A DNA stretch of 63,631 nucleotides from Amoebophrya sp. A120 (taxonomy: Eukaryota > Protista > Dinoflagellata). The DNA is taken from positions 310,001 to 373,631 of the forward strand of contig CAJINV010000014.1 of NCBI GenBank assembly GCA_905178155.1, in the 5' to 3' direction. Positions 1-12,900 of this stretch are shown in pieces. Numbering within the stretch: the stretch's first letter is position 1; every line of letters starts with the position of its first letter. The translations under genes were made by a program, and so were the position numbers. Below the pieces are notes generated by a model. It was not told where the DNA came from and searched no databases. It worked only from the letters and a program-made list of their open reading frames with translations.

Positions 1-1190
1 AAGTGTATACTTTTTATTTAAGTTTGTCGCAAGGAAGGGTCGGAGGATCGATCATGCTTCTCGCGCTTGCTACCAGGTAGCGCTTAGAAAAACAACACGA
101 AAAACGAATATAATGATCTTCACAAAGTTCATGATGCCAGTAAAGAGAGAAAAACCGCCAATATTAGCAAGAATGGGATCGTGATCTTCACCTTTGTCTT
201 TCGCCGGCTTGCTTCCTCATTGCACCAATATCGACGCAAAATGGATCTCCACTTCCAGTAGTAGAAATCATGGAAACGAGGATCTTCTGCCATGGAGCGC
301 TGTAATTAACAAAGTGATCGAGACTCCAGCTCATGGGATTATAATAGCGAAGAACGGCGAGGAAGATGAACGAAAATCAAAGACTCTGCTGGGATTGCGC
401 ATGCTGCCGCTGATCTTGTCACCTAGTAGAAGTCAGTAGGTCGAGACAAATTTCATGTTTCATCGTCTTCCGTTCTGTTGTGTCAAAAACAACTAGGTCA
501 CGGAGAAGGTCCTTCAAGAGCTCTGTCTTCGATCACCTCCAAAATCGACTGTGCATAGGTCAGAACTAGCGATTGCAGATGGCCTTTGCTGAAATCGCGA
601 CCACGGGTTTTTGGTCAGCTTCTCCATCTTCTGTCAACTGCAATTCATCTCAACGAGTTTTTCATTTTGGTACAGGTATACAGGACATAAATCGTAAAAG
701 CAAGTAGAAGTGGTTCAATCAATGTAGTAGTTGCAGTAGCGGAGGTTGTGAGTCCGGCGATACGAGGACTGCAGCTGCAAGAGTAAATTTTCATCTGAAA
801 TGTTGTCCTCCATTTCGTTCTAGGGCAGGAGCCTCGAGCAAGGTCTACTTCACCTTGCTGTATTTATACTTTGTTGTGTTACTTTAACCCTATATGACCG
901 CCTCCACTATCTCGTTCGGATTCGGTCTACTGCTCGCTGCTATCGATAGATTAGTATAACAGATTTTGCACAACACCAAGCGTTGCTTTTCTTTGCGTCT
1001 TTGCTATTGAAGATTGGTAAACTATTGCGATTGGTTCGGATTTTGTCTATATGAGGATATTAAACACTGCGTCTCAGATGCATCAGAATCGGTTTGTTCA
1101 GCTTGAAGATGCCTGTCGATTCTATATATCATTCGAGGTTCCATAATTTCATTTTTGTATATTCTTCTTTTGACCACTTGTCTGTAGTCC

Positions 1191-4100
1191 CTATTCCGTG
1201 CCGAAACCGAGCACGTATCGAAAGGAAAAATCCCCCCTCCCCATATCGAAAACGAAATTTGTGATGCTGTATTTTTGTCATGCTAGAAGGCCAAGAGCCG
1301 CAGTCGTGGCCTCGTTTGCAGGCAATTTGTAATGCTGTTTCCCGCTCTCAGCTGCCTCCTATCATGCTGAAGGTGCAAGGCTTCCCCAAGCCACCCAGCA
1401 CTACAGTCCGCATCTTTTCCCGTGTAGCATGACAAAGCTGATTTGTGAAGACAAATCTGCATCACAGATTTCCGCTTTGATATGGGAAGGGGGGATTTTT
1501 CCTTTTGATAGCACGTCTTGCACGAACACTCCCGGCTCCAGGACCTCATCCGCAGCGGATATCAAAATGAAAAATCCCCCCTCCCCATCTCGAAAATGAA
1601 ATCTGTGACGCAGACGCCGGATTTGCGCACGCATTGATTTGTCTTGCGGTAGAGGACTGCACGCAGATCGCAAGCCTAGATAGGGGCCTTTTGGTGTAGG
1701 CGCCTAGCATGATAGACGGCTGCCCTGTAGTTCTTACAGCATTACAAATCGCCTGCGTGGCGTGCTGGCAGAGAGCCTGGATGTGCCTTCTAGCAAGACA
1801 GACAGGATATGTGGTCACAAATCTGCATCACAAATTTTCAGAGGATACGTTTCAATATGGGCAGGGGGGAATTTTCCTTGCAATAGCAGAATTGAGAAAG
1901 TCCTGGTCCCCGGTGAGTGCGTGAAGGCACTGCTGCAATTCCTCGTCGGAGAAGTGCTCGCACGCGCCCACTATCAAATGCAAATATCCCTGGGCCACGT
2001 CTGGAAACTTGTGATGCTGGTTGACGAATCAAGAGGACGCCACAAACAACGGCTCAGCATGACAGATTTTTCACTTGCTAGGTGTGGTCAATCTCTATTC
2101 TGCATGAGAAGCTCCTGGGTAGTTTTTGCAGGACAGAAAGATGGCACGGCTTTTGGTTGCCGTGCATGACAGGCTTGACAGTCATGTTAGAAAAGCATGG
2201 CAAACCGGTGTATCTAGTATTTTTCCGGACCAAGAGGACATATTTGCAATGTATACCCACCAGGTGGTGCATCAGCTGTTTCTTGCTGCCCCCGTTCGAA
2301 GCCAGCATCACCGCGTGCTCGAGACTCGCGTTATCAACCTGGTTTATTCGTCATCATCTAATTTCACGCATAGATATTCATATTCTTCCATTATCCCGCG
2401 CTCTTGCAAACAAATTTTTAGCACACCCGCAAGAACTAGTTCGTTAATCGTTGAAGAAGTGGAATTAGTCATCCTCATCTCGTCTCTAGGTGTAGGTCTA
2501 GGTGGTCACTGCTCGAGCTTTTTTTATCTTTTGCACCAACATCTCATCTTTAAGGAAATATTTTACCTGAAAAACAGGCCTGTGATTCACGTAGAGCTGC
2601 ACAAAGTCCTCGAAATTTATGTGGGTGAGGTTCTTTTCCGTGTACAGATGCTTGCCCTTTACTTCGGATATCATGTTCGCGATCTCGGTCTGTGTGGGAA
2701 AGCACCCGAGTGCACACATCAGATAGGGGATTTCCGAGAGGGGTATTGTCCCGTCCAGCTGATACCTTTCCGTCGTTTTCTCACCGTGCGACCGAATTTG
2801 GCAGTAGTAAAAATAGTCCCGGATTTCCGCCAGAAGATCTTCTTCCAGCAAGTTCAGATACGGCTGTATCTTTGCGGAATTGGTCACCGAGCTGCTGCTT
2901 GAGGACTGGCTCACACTGCTGCCGCGCAGCACCGCCAGACTTACCGCCTCTGTGTCGATTTTCCACATGTTCAGCGTCAGGTCCTCCCCCCCGAGAGAAA
3001 ACGCGTATTTGCCCTGTGGGTCCACGGAAATCGCAGAAATCAGGCCGGGGTGCGCTATCACCCCCATCTGTCGGAAAGGGTTCCCGTCGAGTGGTTGCTG
3101 CAGCAGGCCGATTACCTTTAAGACAGGATTTTTTTGTGCTAGTGAATGACTTACATTTATCTCCCAACTGCCCGGTTTAGGGTTTGTTCATGTTCTATAG
3201 GACTTGTACAAGAAGAATTTTGTTGCCTTTCATACAGCACATATTCCCGCACCCGCAGCAAAGGCTACTACTACTTATACTTTTTTACCTTGCCATAATT
3301 CTTTCTACATGGCATTTAGTCGTGCAAAAAGAAGAAACTACACCTTCTCCTTTGTCGCGTACAGTAGGAATTCTTCTGGTGTAGACTCCCCTGGAATCGC
3401 GATCATTTTGCTGACTGGACCGCCGTAGGTCGGCGCGAGACTCGTTCTCCGGCAACTGCGGTTCTTGAACCACGTCTTAAACTTGTACTCCGAGGTCGAC
3501 ACGACCAACCCGCCCCCTACTGATATGGCGTTCTCAACTGTTACATTCTCAACGGTTACATGAATTTGTCATGCAAGAACAGGAATATGGAAAGGGGAAA
3601 GATTGCACGTGTTGCATCACAAATTTGGCACGGATTTAGATGCTGTTTAGCCCTTCGATAATTTGTCATGCGAAGCAGCTTGATTGTCTTGCGGCTCATG
3701 GTCATTTTGCATGACAAATCATGTAACAGCTGAGAATGTAAGGTTTGAGAATCCCATATCTGAGCTCGCGGCTGCCGCTGCTGCTCCTCCCTTCTTGGAC
3801 GTCGCGCCGCTACTGGTTGCGGGGGTTGCGCTCGAGGACTGTTGTTCGATGTCGTTCACCAAATAGGTCAACCCGGTCGGCACCGCCTCTTGCTCGACCA
3901 TCGTGTTGGAGAGTATCGGAAATCCGACGTGCTCTTCCTCGGGGTAATCAGCTGCGAGCGGGCACTCGTACTCGACCAGCTTCCGGTCCTCCGCCAGGGA
4001 GTAGAGTCGTGGCCTCTCGTGGTCGGAGGCAGTGGCGGAGAAGACCAGGCCAACAACCTGCTTCCAGTGGCTGCGGTGCTTGCCCGCCGAGATCCACGCC

Positions 4101-7100
4101 TTGGACTCGCCCGAGCGAGTCAGGTCGTACCGGTACAGCCATACCTGATAAAATGTCTTAATGTTTCTGTTTATGCTGTAGATGTAGTTGTACAACTTCT
4201 ACTTCATACATGTTCATCTACAGCTCGTAACGAAAGGTAAAAATGCGTGGCAATTTTTGTGCAGCAGCGCTGCATTCATGAAGATCATGCATGAACTTGA
4301 TATTTGTTTTGCAAAAATGCTGGTGCATGTGCAACTAACACACGAAAGTAGTACACGAAAGTAGCTTACTCAAAAACTTTTGCTTGATAGCATAAGCGGC
4401 AATAACCTCTTCAGCACGACAAGTACAGCTTTTAAGTATAGTGAAAACTCTGTACCGACTTATCTGCGTGGGCCACGGCCAGGTAATTCGAGCATTTCGA
4501 GAATGCCAGGTGCATTATCCTGTGCAAAAGTAGTATCGCACTCGCTCCGGTCCGTGCAAATTGGAATCATGCGTGACATCAAAGGTGGCCAGGTCTTAGA
4601 ATTATGAGCAAGCAAAAACATTTCATTTTTCCTTCTGAAAATGAAATCTGTGTTCCGCTTTCCACCAAGACAGAATGCGATACAACTTCTGCAACTGCAT
4701 ATGCGTGACGGGCTCTCGATTTTCCCTAAACTGCGCGATTTCGGTGAGTTCGGCGTTCAAAATTCGGATATGAAAGTGCACAACTCCCCCTCCCCCTCAT
4801 TTGTATTGCATGAACCGCAATACAAGCGTCAGCAAGAGTACGGGTTTTGCATGACAAATTTGGACAGGAGTGCAGTGTTATTTGGGCTGCCAGAACTTGT
4901 GATGCAAACAGTCCTAAGAGCCAAAGCGTAAGTTACGTATCTTGCATCACAAATGAGGGGGAGGGGGACTTGTGCACTTTCATATCGGATCTGCCCGTTC
5001 GTGAACCCCACGGCTAAGAGTCCGCTGGCGCTGTATTCCAGAATTTGCGGAAGAATCTTTTCGAAGATTTTCACGGTCTGGAGTGTTCTCGAGTGGTAGT
5101 TCCAGAGGTGAATAAACCCCGAAAGACCCGAAACCGCAACTAAGGGCTCGGACGGGTGGCAACAAAGCCCATGGACGGGAGAGTCGAGACCTGTATTGAT
5201 AAATAGTACAACTTCTCCGTGTGGTCTGGCCGTCGATCGTGGAGACCTTCTTGGGCTTGATGTACTTGTACGTGCCAAGCCCAAGTACAAAGTTACACTT
5301 ACATCCTCGTGCATCAATACGAAAACGAATAAGGTACTTACATCAGTGGCTAAGTACTTAAAAAATCCTACCTTGCAGCACCAATCGTCCCCTCCTTTGC
5401 TGCGGCTCCAGCTCGAAAAACAAATCCGACTTGCAGGCTACTACCAGCGCGCTCGCGGTGGCGACAATGAAATTTGGGCATGAGAACTGGAAGTCCGTGG
5501 ACCCGCTCTGTTCTGTATGCATTAAAAATTACACGTCTGGGCCTGAAATTCTAGAGGTGCAAACTGCACACTATGGATCACACAATCAAATTTTGTCTTT
5601 GTGATGTGATTATCCTTATCCACAGGACACATTGACATTACAACTACAGGAAGTCCTCTGTACTAGTTCAACACAACACGTACTTACACATGGAGCAAAA
5701 TAATAAACCGGTCAGTTTTTGCTACACGGAAACCGAGTGGGAATGTCAATGGCATCTCATGCGGTAAAAAGATACGCATCCATTAAAACGGGATTGCATA
5801 TGCAGGCGTGGGCCATGATACAAAATCTGCACGACAATAAAGAGCGTCAGCATTTGCATTGTTCATCTAGACCCAGATATAATATTTCTTGCATTTGATA
5901 TTCCATCGAGCTGGAGGAAAATCCATTGTTGCTGTCCATTTGAACCGAGGTGGAGTTCGCGAAGTCAAAACTGACGGAGGTGACACTTCCCGCAGACAAA
6001 TCCTCGAACCACGCTTGCAGACGGAATTGGGATATCCACTACAAATATCGATCTAGGTCTGGACGGGCAAGCATGCGCGTGTTTGTCTTGCATTTTTTTC
6101 GTCATGAACCACACAGGCGCTCGGTCTGGAATGCATTGCGCCATCAGTGAAGTAGATGAGCATCACAGATCTTGGGTGGATCACTTCTTAATGCCTGTCA
6201 TTCCGCATGACAGATTCGGATTCGCCATCTGTAGATAGTATCAAAAATGAAACAAGTTTTGGCACTCTGCATTGGTTAAACCCAGATTTTTGTGCGATCC
6301 GATCTATCATCCAGACTTGGCATGATAAGTTGACGCACCACCGCTCTTCCAGACGCAGTTCGACTACATTTGCAATGCGTATGGTAATCGTAGAACCTGA
6401 CTGCGCCGTCGGAGGAACCGGCCACGACGAAGTTGCCAAGGACTTTCAAAACATGCAGGGAAACTTCTGGCGGACACAAGCGCAAAATTTTCACAGCTCG
6501 TCGCTCGTCCGGCCGTGACAAATCGTCCACGATCAACGACAAGTCCCAGATGACAACGTCCCCGTCAAGTGTGGCGGTCGCGGCCTGGGTCGATTCGGGC
6601 AGGAAGATGGTCTGCGTGAAGTCGCCGACTTTCTGCTTGAAGTCCTTTGCGGCGAGCGCCGGGGAGTAGAATTGGAAAGTCATCTTGTCTTTCAGGCTCG
6701 TGTCGTTTTTTCCCCACTGCCAGAAAAACACCCGCCTTCGGCCGTTCGTGGCAATTTCGTGGATGTCCCACCGGTTGAAAATCTGATGGATAGAGATTTT
6801 TTAAATACTAATGTCAATATGGAAGTCAGTGCACAAATGAAGTTTGCGTCGGCCGCTTCCGCGTAGGATGACAAACACAAAAGCCTTCTGAAAAAATAAA
6901 CGAGAACTACTGCACTGTGCGAAATTATTGCTTCCCGTCGCCACAACGTGTCATAACCGTACTGACAAGTAACAAAAAACGATAAAATAAATCACAACCT
7001 TACCACGCACGTCTGCACGTCCTGCGTGCCGATGAGCGCTGTTGCGAGTGGCGCACTTGACTCTGAGGTCCAGTCCCACACGCTTAGATACTGGCGCATC

Positions 7101-8787
7101 TCCTCCCCGTCGTACTCCGGACTGGATAAAGTCGCTAAGTACTTGCTATCCGCTGTCATGTCCAGGGCCACGATCCCGTTTTTGTAAACGCTGTATGGAA
7201 CGATTCTCAAGCACTACATTGCTAGTTGCTACATAAAGATTTGTTCTCGCGTGGATTTGCCTGCAACATGCATCTTCCACACGATCAAGCTACTTGTTCG
7301 CATGACAAGTTCATTTCGAGCAGGAATGGCTAAACAGTATGGGAGTCTACCCTTGTGCCGAATTTCAAACACCAGAGGTGCATCTACATCTTCAGGGCCC
7401 CCCTTTCTTTATTCACTTTTGCTCTTCCTCTTCCTGCATCGCAGACTCATGCAAGACCTGACAGTGTCACGTTTGAGAGCTCCATATGTTGAACATGATC
7501 TTTATGGGCTTCCCCGTTGACCGGTCCCACACGGTGAGCCTGTTTGGTCGAATAACTGATATTCATCTTCTAGGACAGAGTATTTTCATCTCTTCACGCG
7601 GAGGTGAGTTGGGGGAAAAACACAAATACTACTTTTTACTTTGCAGGACCCCGCTACGTAGAAGTTCATCCTCAAATCGTTTTACTTCGTACTGCATGGA
7701 AGAAAAACAGCAACATCAACATAAAAAGAACTATCACATGGAATCCGGTCCGGTATCGGCGGTGACGATCCATTTTTTGTCCGTCGAGAGGTAGCTTGCG
7801 GTGATGGGATTCACGTGTCCCTGCAGTAGCTTCTGCACCCCCGATTGCGTGTCGTAAATGACCCCACTGTTCGCGCTGGGGTAGAAGATTTCGTTTCCGC
7901 CCAAATGGTATGGATAGCAAATATGTCTGGGTCTGGAAACTTGTGATGCAAGGAACAAGGGAATAGTGACTACTGTGTAATGCGCTGCCAAGCATGACAA
8001 GTTTTTCCGTGGTCCTGAGTTGCGTGCTCCGCATGAGAAACTGCGTGTCTGCATGACAGGCGCGAGGAGCTCTTCGCGGACACGCAATACAGACTTCGGA
8101 GTCATGCCAGATTAGCATGACAAATCTCGCAACCTCCCAGACCCAGACATATTTGCATTTGATAAATGGTGTACGCCATTTACGACGTCCTTGCTGAAGC
8201 CGCAGATCTATCCCGTGCAAAAGTATCCATCGCACTCGTATTGCAATCATGCATATACAAATCTTTTTTTGAGGAAAATCCGCATTACAAATTTCATTTC
8301 TCATGCTGAGGAAATTTGTAATGCAATTTGTACTAGTACGATACTTTTGCGGTTCATAAGATCCACTGCAGGCTCAACGCAGGCGACTCGGTCCCGACGA
8401 CGGCCGTCTGCTGCGAGGCAAACTCGGGCTCCGCACCCGGGCCGCTCGACGCAGCAGAGAGCTCTTGCACTTCCTGGGCCGGTATCAAGTGCAAAAGTGT
8501 CTGGGTCGGGAAGAGTGCAGACTTCTTGTCATGCATATTTTGTATGATGATTGATGCCTCTAATGCATGATCTAGCAACACAGATTTTTAGAGGGCTTCC
8601 TAATGCTTATTCCACATGAGAAATGCCCTCTCCGCGTAACACAGACTGGAATCCTGATGCTGGTCATGCAAAAATACAGATTTTTTTGGAATCCAAAGAC
8701 AGCATTACAAGTCGCAATCTTCCAGACCCAGACATTTTTGCAATCCATAGCCGGGTCCGACCCAACCGCCGGGTCCCCGCCGGCCAT
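1191..8787 (-). CDS. CFAP251: Cilia- and flagella-associated protein 251 (WDR66), multi-exon; about 12 introner introns plus several GT-AG introns
   Basis: Exons join in frame: MAGGDPAVGSDPAQEV..ALSLQWICGFSKDVVNGVHHLGGNEIFYPSANSGVIYD..LLQGHVNPIT..WIVTADTG; DGAVRFYDYQFRLQAWFE; GLCCHPSEPLVAV; PLDGNPFRQMGVIAHPG; EIRDYFYYCQIRSHGE..LMCALGCFPT..FVQLYVNHRPVF; ends VQDVLGFGTE* (TAG 1191-1193). These are recognisable WDR66 WD40 and C-terminal EF-hand-like motifs. Confidence 0.9.
1216..1510. mobile_element. Introner family C
   Basis: TIR tatcgaaaggaaaaatccccc..gggggatttttccttttgata; TSD gcacg; restores QDVL|GF. Confidence 0.9.
1560..1885. mobile_element. Introner family C
   Basis: tatcaaaatgaaaaatccccc..gggggaattttccttgcaata; TSD gcgga/gcaga; restores FLNSA|ADE. 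Confidence 0.8.
1972..2255. mobile_element. Introner family A (degenerate)
   Basis: tatcaaatgcaaatat..atatttgcaatgtata; TSD cccac; restores HLVG|ACE. Confidence 0.85.
3524..3758. mobile_element. Introner family D
   Basis: tatggcgttctcaa..ttgagaatcccata; TSD actga/tctga; homologous to 17944-18178. Confidence 0.8.
4516..4701. mobile_element. Introner family B
   Basis: tatcctgtgcaaaag..tgcaactgcata; TSD tgcat/tgcgt; restores VTH|LAFS. Confidence 0.8.
4769..4984. mobile_element. Introner family E
   Basis: tatgaaagtgcacaactccccctcccc..ggggagggggacttgtgcactttcata; TSD tcgga; restores GQIR|ILN. Confidence 0.9.
5516..5900. mobile_element. Introner family A (degenerate)
   Basis: tatgcatt..tctagacccaga..tgcatttgata; TSD ttctg/ttcca; frame restored. 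Confidence 0.65.
6033..6381. mobile_element. Introner family A (degenerate)
   Basis: tatccactacaaatat..atttgcaatgcgta; TSD tggga/tggta; restores FYDYQ|FRL. Confidence 0.7.
7194..7486. mobile_element. Introner family D-like (degenerate)
   Basis: tatggaacgattctcaa..ttgagagctccata; TSD cgctg/tgttg; frame restored. Confidence 0.65.
7909..8164. mobile_element. Introner family A
   Basis: tatggatagcaaatatgtctgggtctgg..ccagacccagacatatttgcatttgata; TSD aatgg. Confidence 0.9.
8209..8358. mobile_element. Introner family B
   Basis: tatcccgtgcaaaagtatc..gatacttttgcggttcata; TSD agatc; restores QWI|CGF. Confidence 0.9.
8483..8749. mobile_element. Introner family A
   Basis: tatcaagtgcaaaagtgtctgggtc..gacccagacatttttgcaatccata; TSD gccgg. 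Confidence 0.9.
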
Positions 8788-9942
8788 GGTGTTCGTTTCT
8801 TTTTAAGAGTCAAAAATTGAATGATGATGGTGTCTTTAATAATACTGTAGCTTTACTTCTTGATGATTGTGTCTACGTTTTCTTCGGTCTGCAGGGTCTA
8901 GTGATGATGTTGCGTCAGGAACAGCCTTCGAACGACTAGTGCATGTACACCATATGCACATCATCAAAGGAAAAGGAGGACAGAAATAAAGCTATTGCTA
9001 CGCTGTCGCGTCGTACGAGCGAACGGCTGTTGCTATGGTGGCGAGCCGAGTGGAACATCAACGACCAGGATATAATTGACGAAGTCGAAATGTTCGCTCA
9101 AACATTCATCTCTCAACCACGATGAGAAGCGTACTAAACACGACTCTCCAAGAATAGCATGGATGAAGACTCATCTCTGTGTCCCTCTAGTTATACTTCT
9201 CGAAATGGATCGTGTGGTAACGATTCCACAGATCGGCATAGCAACGTTGATGAAAATAGACGAAGCTATCAGATGAACTACTACGCCTCCTGCGCGGCGC
9301 AATGACACCGGTCGAACTCGAATGTTGCTCTGTCTGCATAGAAGATGCCACAACAGCACATGCCGATGAGAGAAAGTTGTTGATGATTACGGCCGCGCGA
9401 AGCCGAGCACCCGCAATCTTTGTGACTGTAGTCCTATGTAAATAGTGGTTACGCCAAACCAGCAGAGGAGGCGTGTTCCTCTCGTCTCTAACATGATTTC
9501 ACCAGTTTCTATCTCATCGGTTTCCCGGGTCTCTTTCTTTCCATGCTGACTTTTTGTCGGAGTGCCTGATAGTGTACTTCAACTTCGACCGCGAGCACGA
9601 CCATATTCCAGTACTAGCGTAGCTGCGTAACTTCGTGCGCTTGCGAAACGGAAAAGAAAATACTATAGTACGACAAGACGATCGGACCCATGTGAATGCC
9701 TACCATGCGGCTCCCTGGTGCAGGAACGGCGGGCCGCCCCCCCGGGGGCGGGGATAGATGCTGTGATAGCAGCTCTATACAAAACCAAGAGAATCAATGA
9801 AGTAAATGTAAAAAAGTAAAAACACACAGAAGCTTTTCTAGGTAGCTGTAAAATTGTCTGAACGCCACTCAATTACTTAGATCACTTGTCTTCGTAAAAA
9901 ATAGTACACAGTTCCGAAAAACGTCAACGCCACTCCTTGTCT

Positions 9943-12900
9943 TTATCCTGCTCTCCGCGCCTTGCCCTCCTCGTCCTGCTGCTCCTGAAACAAGACCTGT
10001 GGTGTCTCTGCGTCCCACGCCCATGCAAGTTGTGGCGCTGCAGAATCACTCTCTACTTCCGCTTCAAGATCATCTTGTCCCGGATTTGTTCCTGTTGCTG
10101 CAAATGCGGACTCTGGTGCTCCTGTTCCTTCAGCTTTCGGTGTCGCCTGATTTGTTTTCCCGTCACCAAAATTATTCCGACTGACGACCTCGACGAGCCC
10201 TGTCAGCGTTGCGAGCAGACTCGCACACACGCCCAGGCCGAAGATCATGTACAGAATGGCGACCATATCACAGAAAAAAGTTTTAACGTTTGGCAACGGA
10301 ATTTGTGATGCAGAAATGCATCCCAAAACGTGCCAAAATTTGTCATGCATAGCATGCATGCTAGGCAAAATTTGTCAATGCATTTTTGCAATCTGTGAAA
10401 ACCGTTAACGTTACCACTTTTTCCTGTGATAGACCACGCGGGACAGGTTCGAGCTCGGCGTGTAGTCGCCGAAGCCGATATCGTATAGGAAAAATCCTCC
10501 CTCCCCATATTGAAAATGCATGCGCCTGAAAATTTGTGATGCAGATTTGTGGCCACAAATCCTGTTTGTCTTGCAAGAGCGCAAATCTAGAGAGTCCGCC
10601 GCACTATGTAGGCGGTTTGTGATGCTGTTGGGTCTACAGCATAGGCGTTTGCCATGCCAGGCTCGGCATATGCCTGCAGTTCTGCTCTACTGCAAGACAA
10701 ATGTGATTTGTGTATCCAAATCCAGCATCAGAAGTTTCGTTTTGACATGGGGAGGGGGGATTTTTCCTTTTGATAGCCGACGGCAGAGAGGGTCACGAAG
10801 CAGAAATACAGGGATTCCAAAAACGTCCAACTCGGCTCCAACCGGTGAAACAACGACGCGCCGAAAAGAAGGAAAGCGACGAGAAGGGAAATCAGGAAGA
10901 GGAGCCTGTTGAGAAACGAATTGGTATGATTGATGAAGAGAAATTGATATTAATATGTTCGATTTGACATTTCTGTCATGATAAGCCCCTGCTGGTTGTA
11001 GTGCCACCAACACCTGGAGGATAATCTTCCCGTTCTACTACAGTCTTCTTGTTTCAATACTTGTCAAGCTCACGACATTTAGTACTTGACATCTATGAAG
11101 GCCTAAGTCCTTTGTGCAAGAAGTCTTCGTGGAACAACAAGCAACCCCGATAGTACCTGCTGTTTTTGCTCTGCAAGTTGACGACTCTGGCCTTCGCACC
11201 AACCGAGAACCAGGCTTCGGCGATCAGGAGCAGGTTGAAGGCCATGATGGGCAACCCCACCTATCAAATGCAAAAGTGTCTGAGTCTGGAAGAATGCAAG
11301 ATTTGTTATGCATATTTCTCATGACCCATGATGCCTGTAATGCATGACCTAGCATCGCAGACATTTAGAGGGCTTCCTGGTCATGCAATTTCCGCATGAG
11401 AAATGCCCTGTCCGTGTAGCACAAACTGTACCCCTCTTGCTGGTCATGCAATGCAATTTCGTTTAGAGTCCAAAAACAGCATGACAAGTTGCAATCTTCC
11501 AGACCCAGACACTTTTGCAGCTCATACCACCACCCCGAAGGCGATCGTCAGCATTTGTCCGCCGGAAGTCACCGGATGACTGTGCCCGTAGCCGATTGTG
11601 GTTGCGAGACTGTATCAAATGCAGATGTGCCTGGGTCTGGAAGAGTGCAGAAGTTCGTCATGCAGGTTCTGGATGCCCCAAAAGGTCTGGAATGCGGGTC
11701 TAGCATCACAAAACTTGAGACAGCTTCTCAATGCCTGGTCCGCATGACAGATCGGCTGTTTTGGTTACAAGATATGGGCAACTTCTGCTTTCCATGCATG
11801 AGAGATTTTCGTGTGATCTGAAATGCGCATCACCGGTTGCAACTTCCAGACCCAGACATTTTTGCAGTTGATAGACTGGTGAGGAAGAACAAAGTCCCGC
11901 AAAAGGACCAGTTGTTTTGGTCCACCAGACTGTTTCGCCGGCTGCTCCGGTTTTTATCGCTTGAGCTAGTCTTGGTGGAGGATGAAATTCTTGTTTCTAT
12001 GCCCGTTTGCAAAGCGGAGCCGCGTGTGGAGATGTCATGCACGTTGCTTCCATTTTCGTTTTGTTTACTCATTTTTCTCACAGCGACGTTATTGAAGCCA
12101 TCATGATGATAAGAGTCGTGACCTGGGCGCGCAGGCTGGCGCTCGTCGTGGTGCGAAGGCGATTTTGCTGATTGGTGGTCCTCTTGTTCTGAAGATGTGT
12201 TGATAGCACGTTTGTTCTCAGTTGAATGCTCTTGTGTTATTTCAGTTGCGGGTACGGACGGCATCCTCGAGGAGGAGGGTGGTAAAGATGAAGCGAATTC
12301 TGGTATTATGCGTTGCTGTGCGTCCTCCTGTTCTGCTTCCGTTGCATCGTCGCCTGATGTTGTAGCAGCTTCACCTTCATCGCCTCCTTGCTGCTTTCCA
12401 AATAGTAGCTTCCGCCCCCCGAATCCAAACAGCTTTAGCTCCGCTGTCCGCGTTGCGATGGTGCTGAGTAAATCCGTCTTGCTTTTCACCGCTTTTGCTT
12501 CCGACTTCAGAAGCTCATAGTCATAATCAGCTCCGTTGTTGAAGTAGTCTTGCAAGGTTTCGGAAAATTTTTCTTGGTTTATGAAAGTGCACAACGGCTC
12601 CCGCTCGTTCTGCCGTCATTTGTCGTGCAAAGAAGCAACCTCAGCTCTTGCTTTTTGGCACTGCCTGCATGGCAGGTTCCAGCACCAGCATATCAAACGA
12701 TGCGATGGATAAACTGCATCTTTGCTGGCGCTTCTGTTGCAGTGCTCATGCAGACTGCCAACTGGGGGACAAAGTAGACGGGGAGATGTGCACTGTCATA
12801 TGATTCTTGCAGAAGGACAAGCCTTCGAAGGCCGGGTCGTTGCAGTACTCGAACTAGTATGCATTGTAAAAGTATCTTCGCACGGGCGGCGGGGCAATCG

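Noticed and set aside
7672-8820. Recurring peptides such as CKYVWVWK, LQICLGLE and LPDPDIFA in many short ORFs
   Set aside because: These are translations of the family A TIR, not a protein family.
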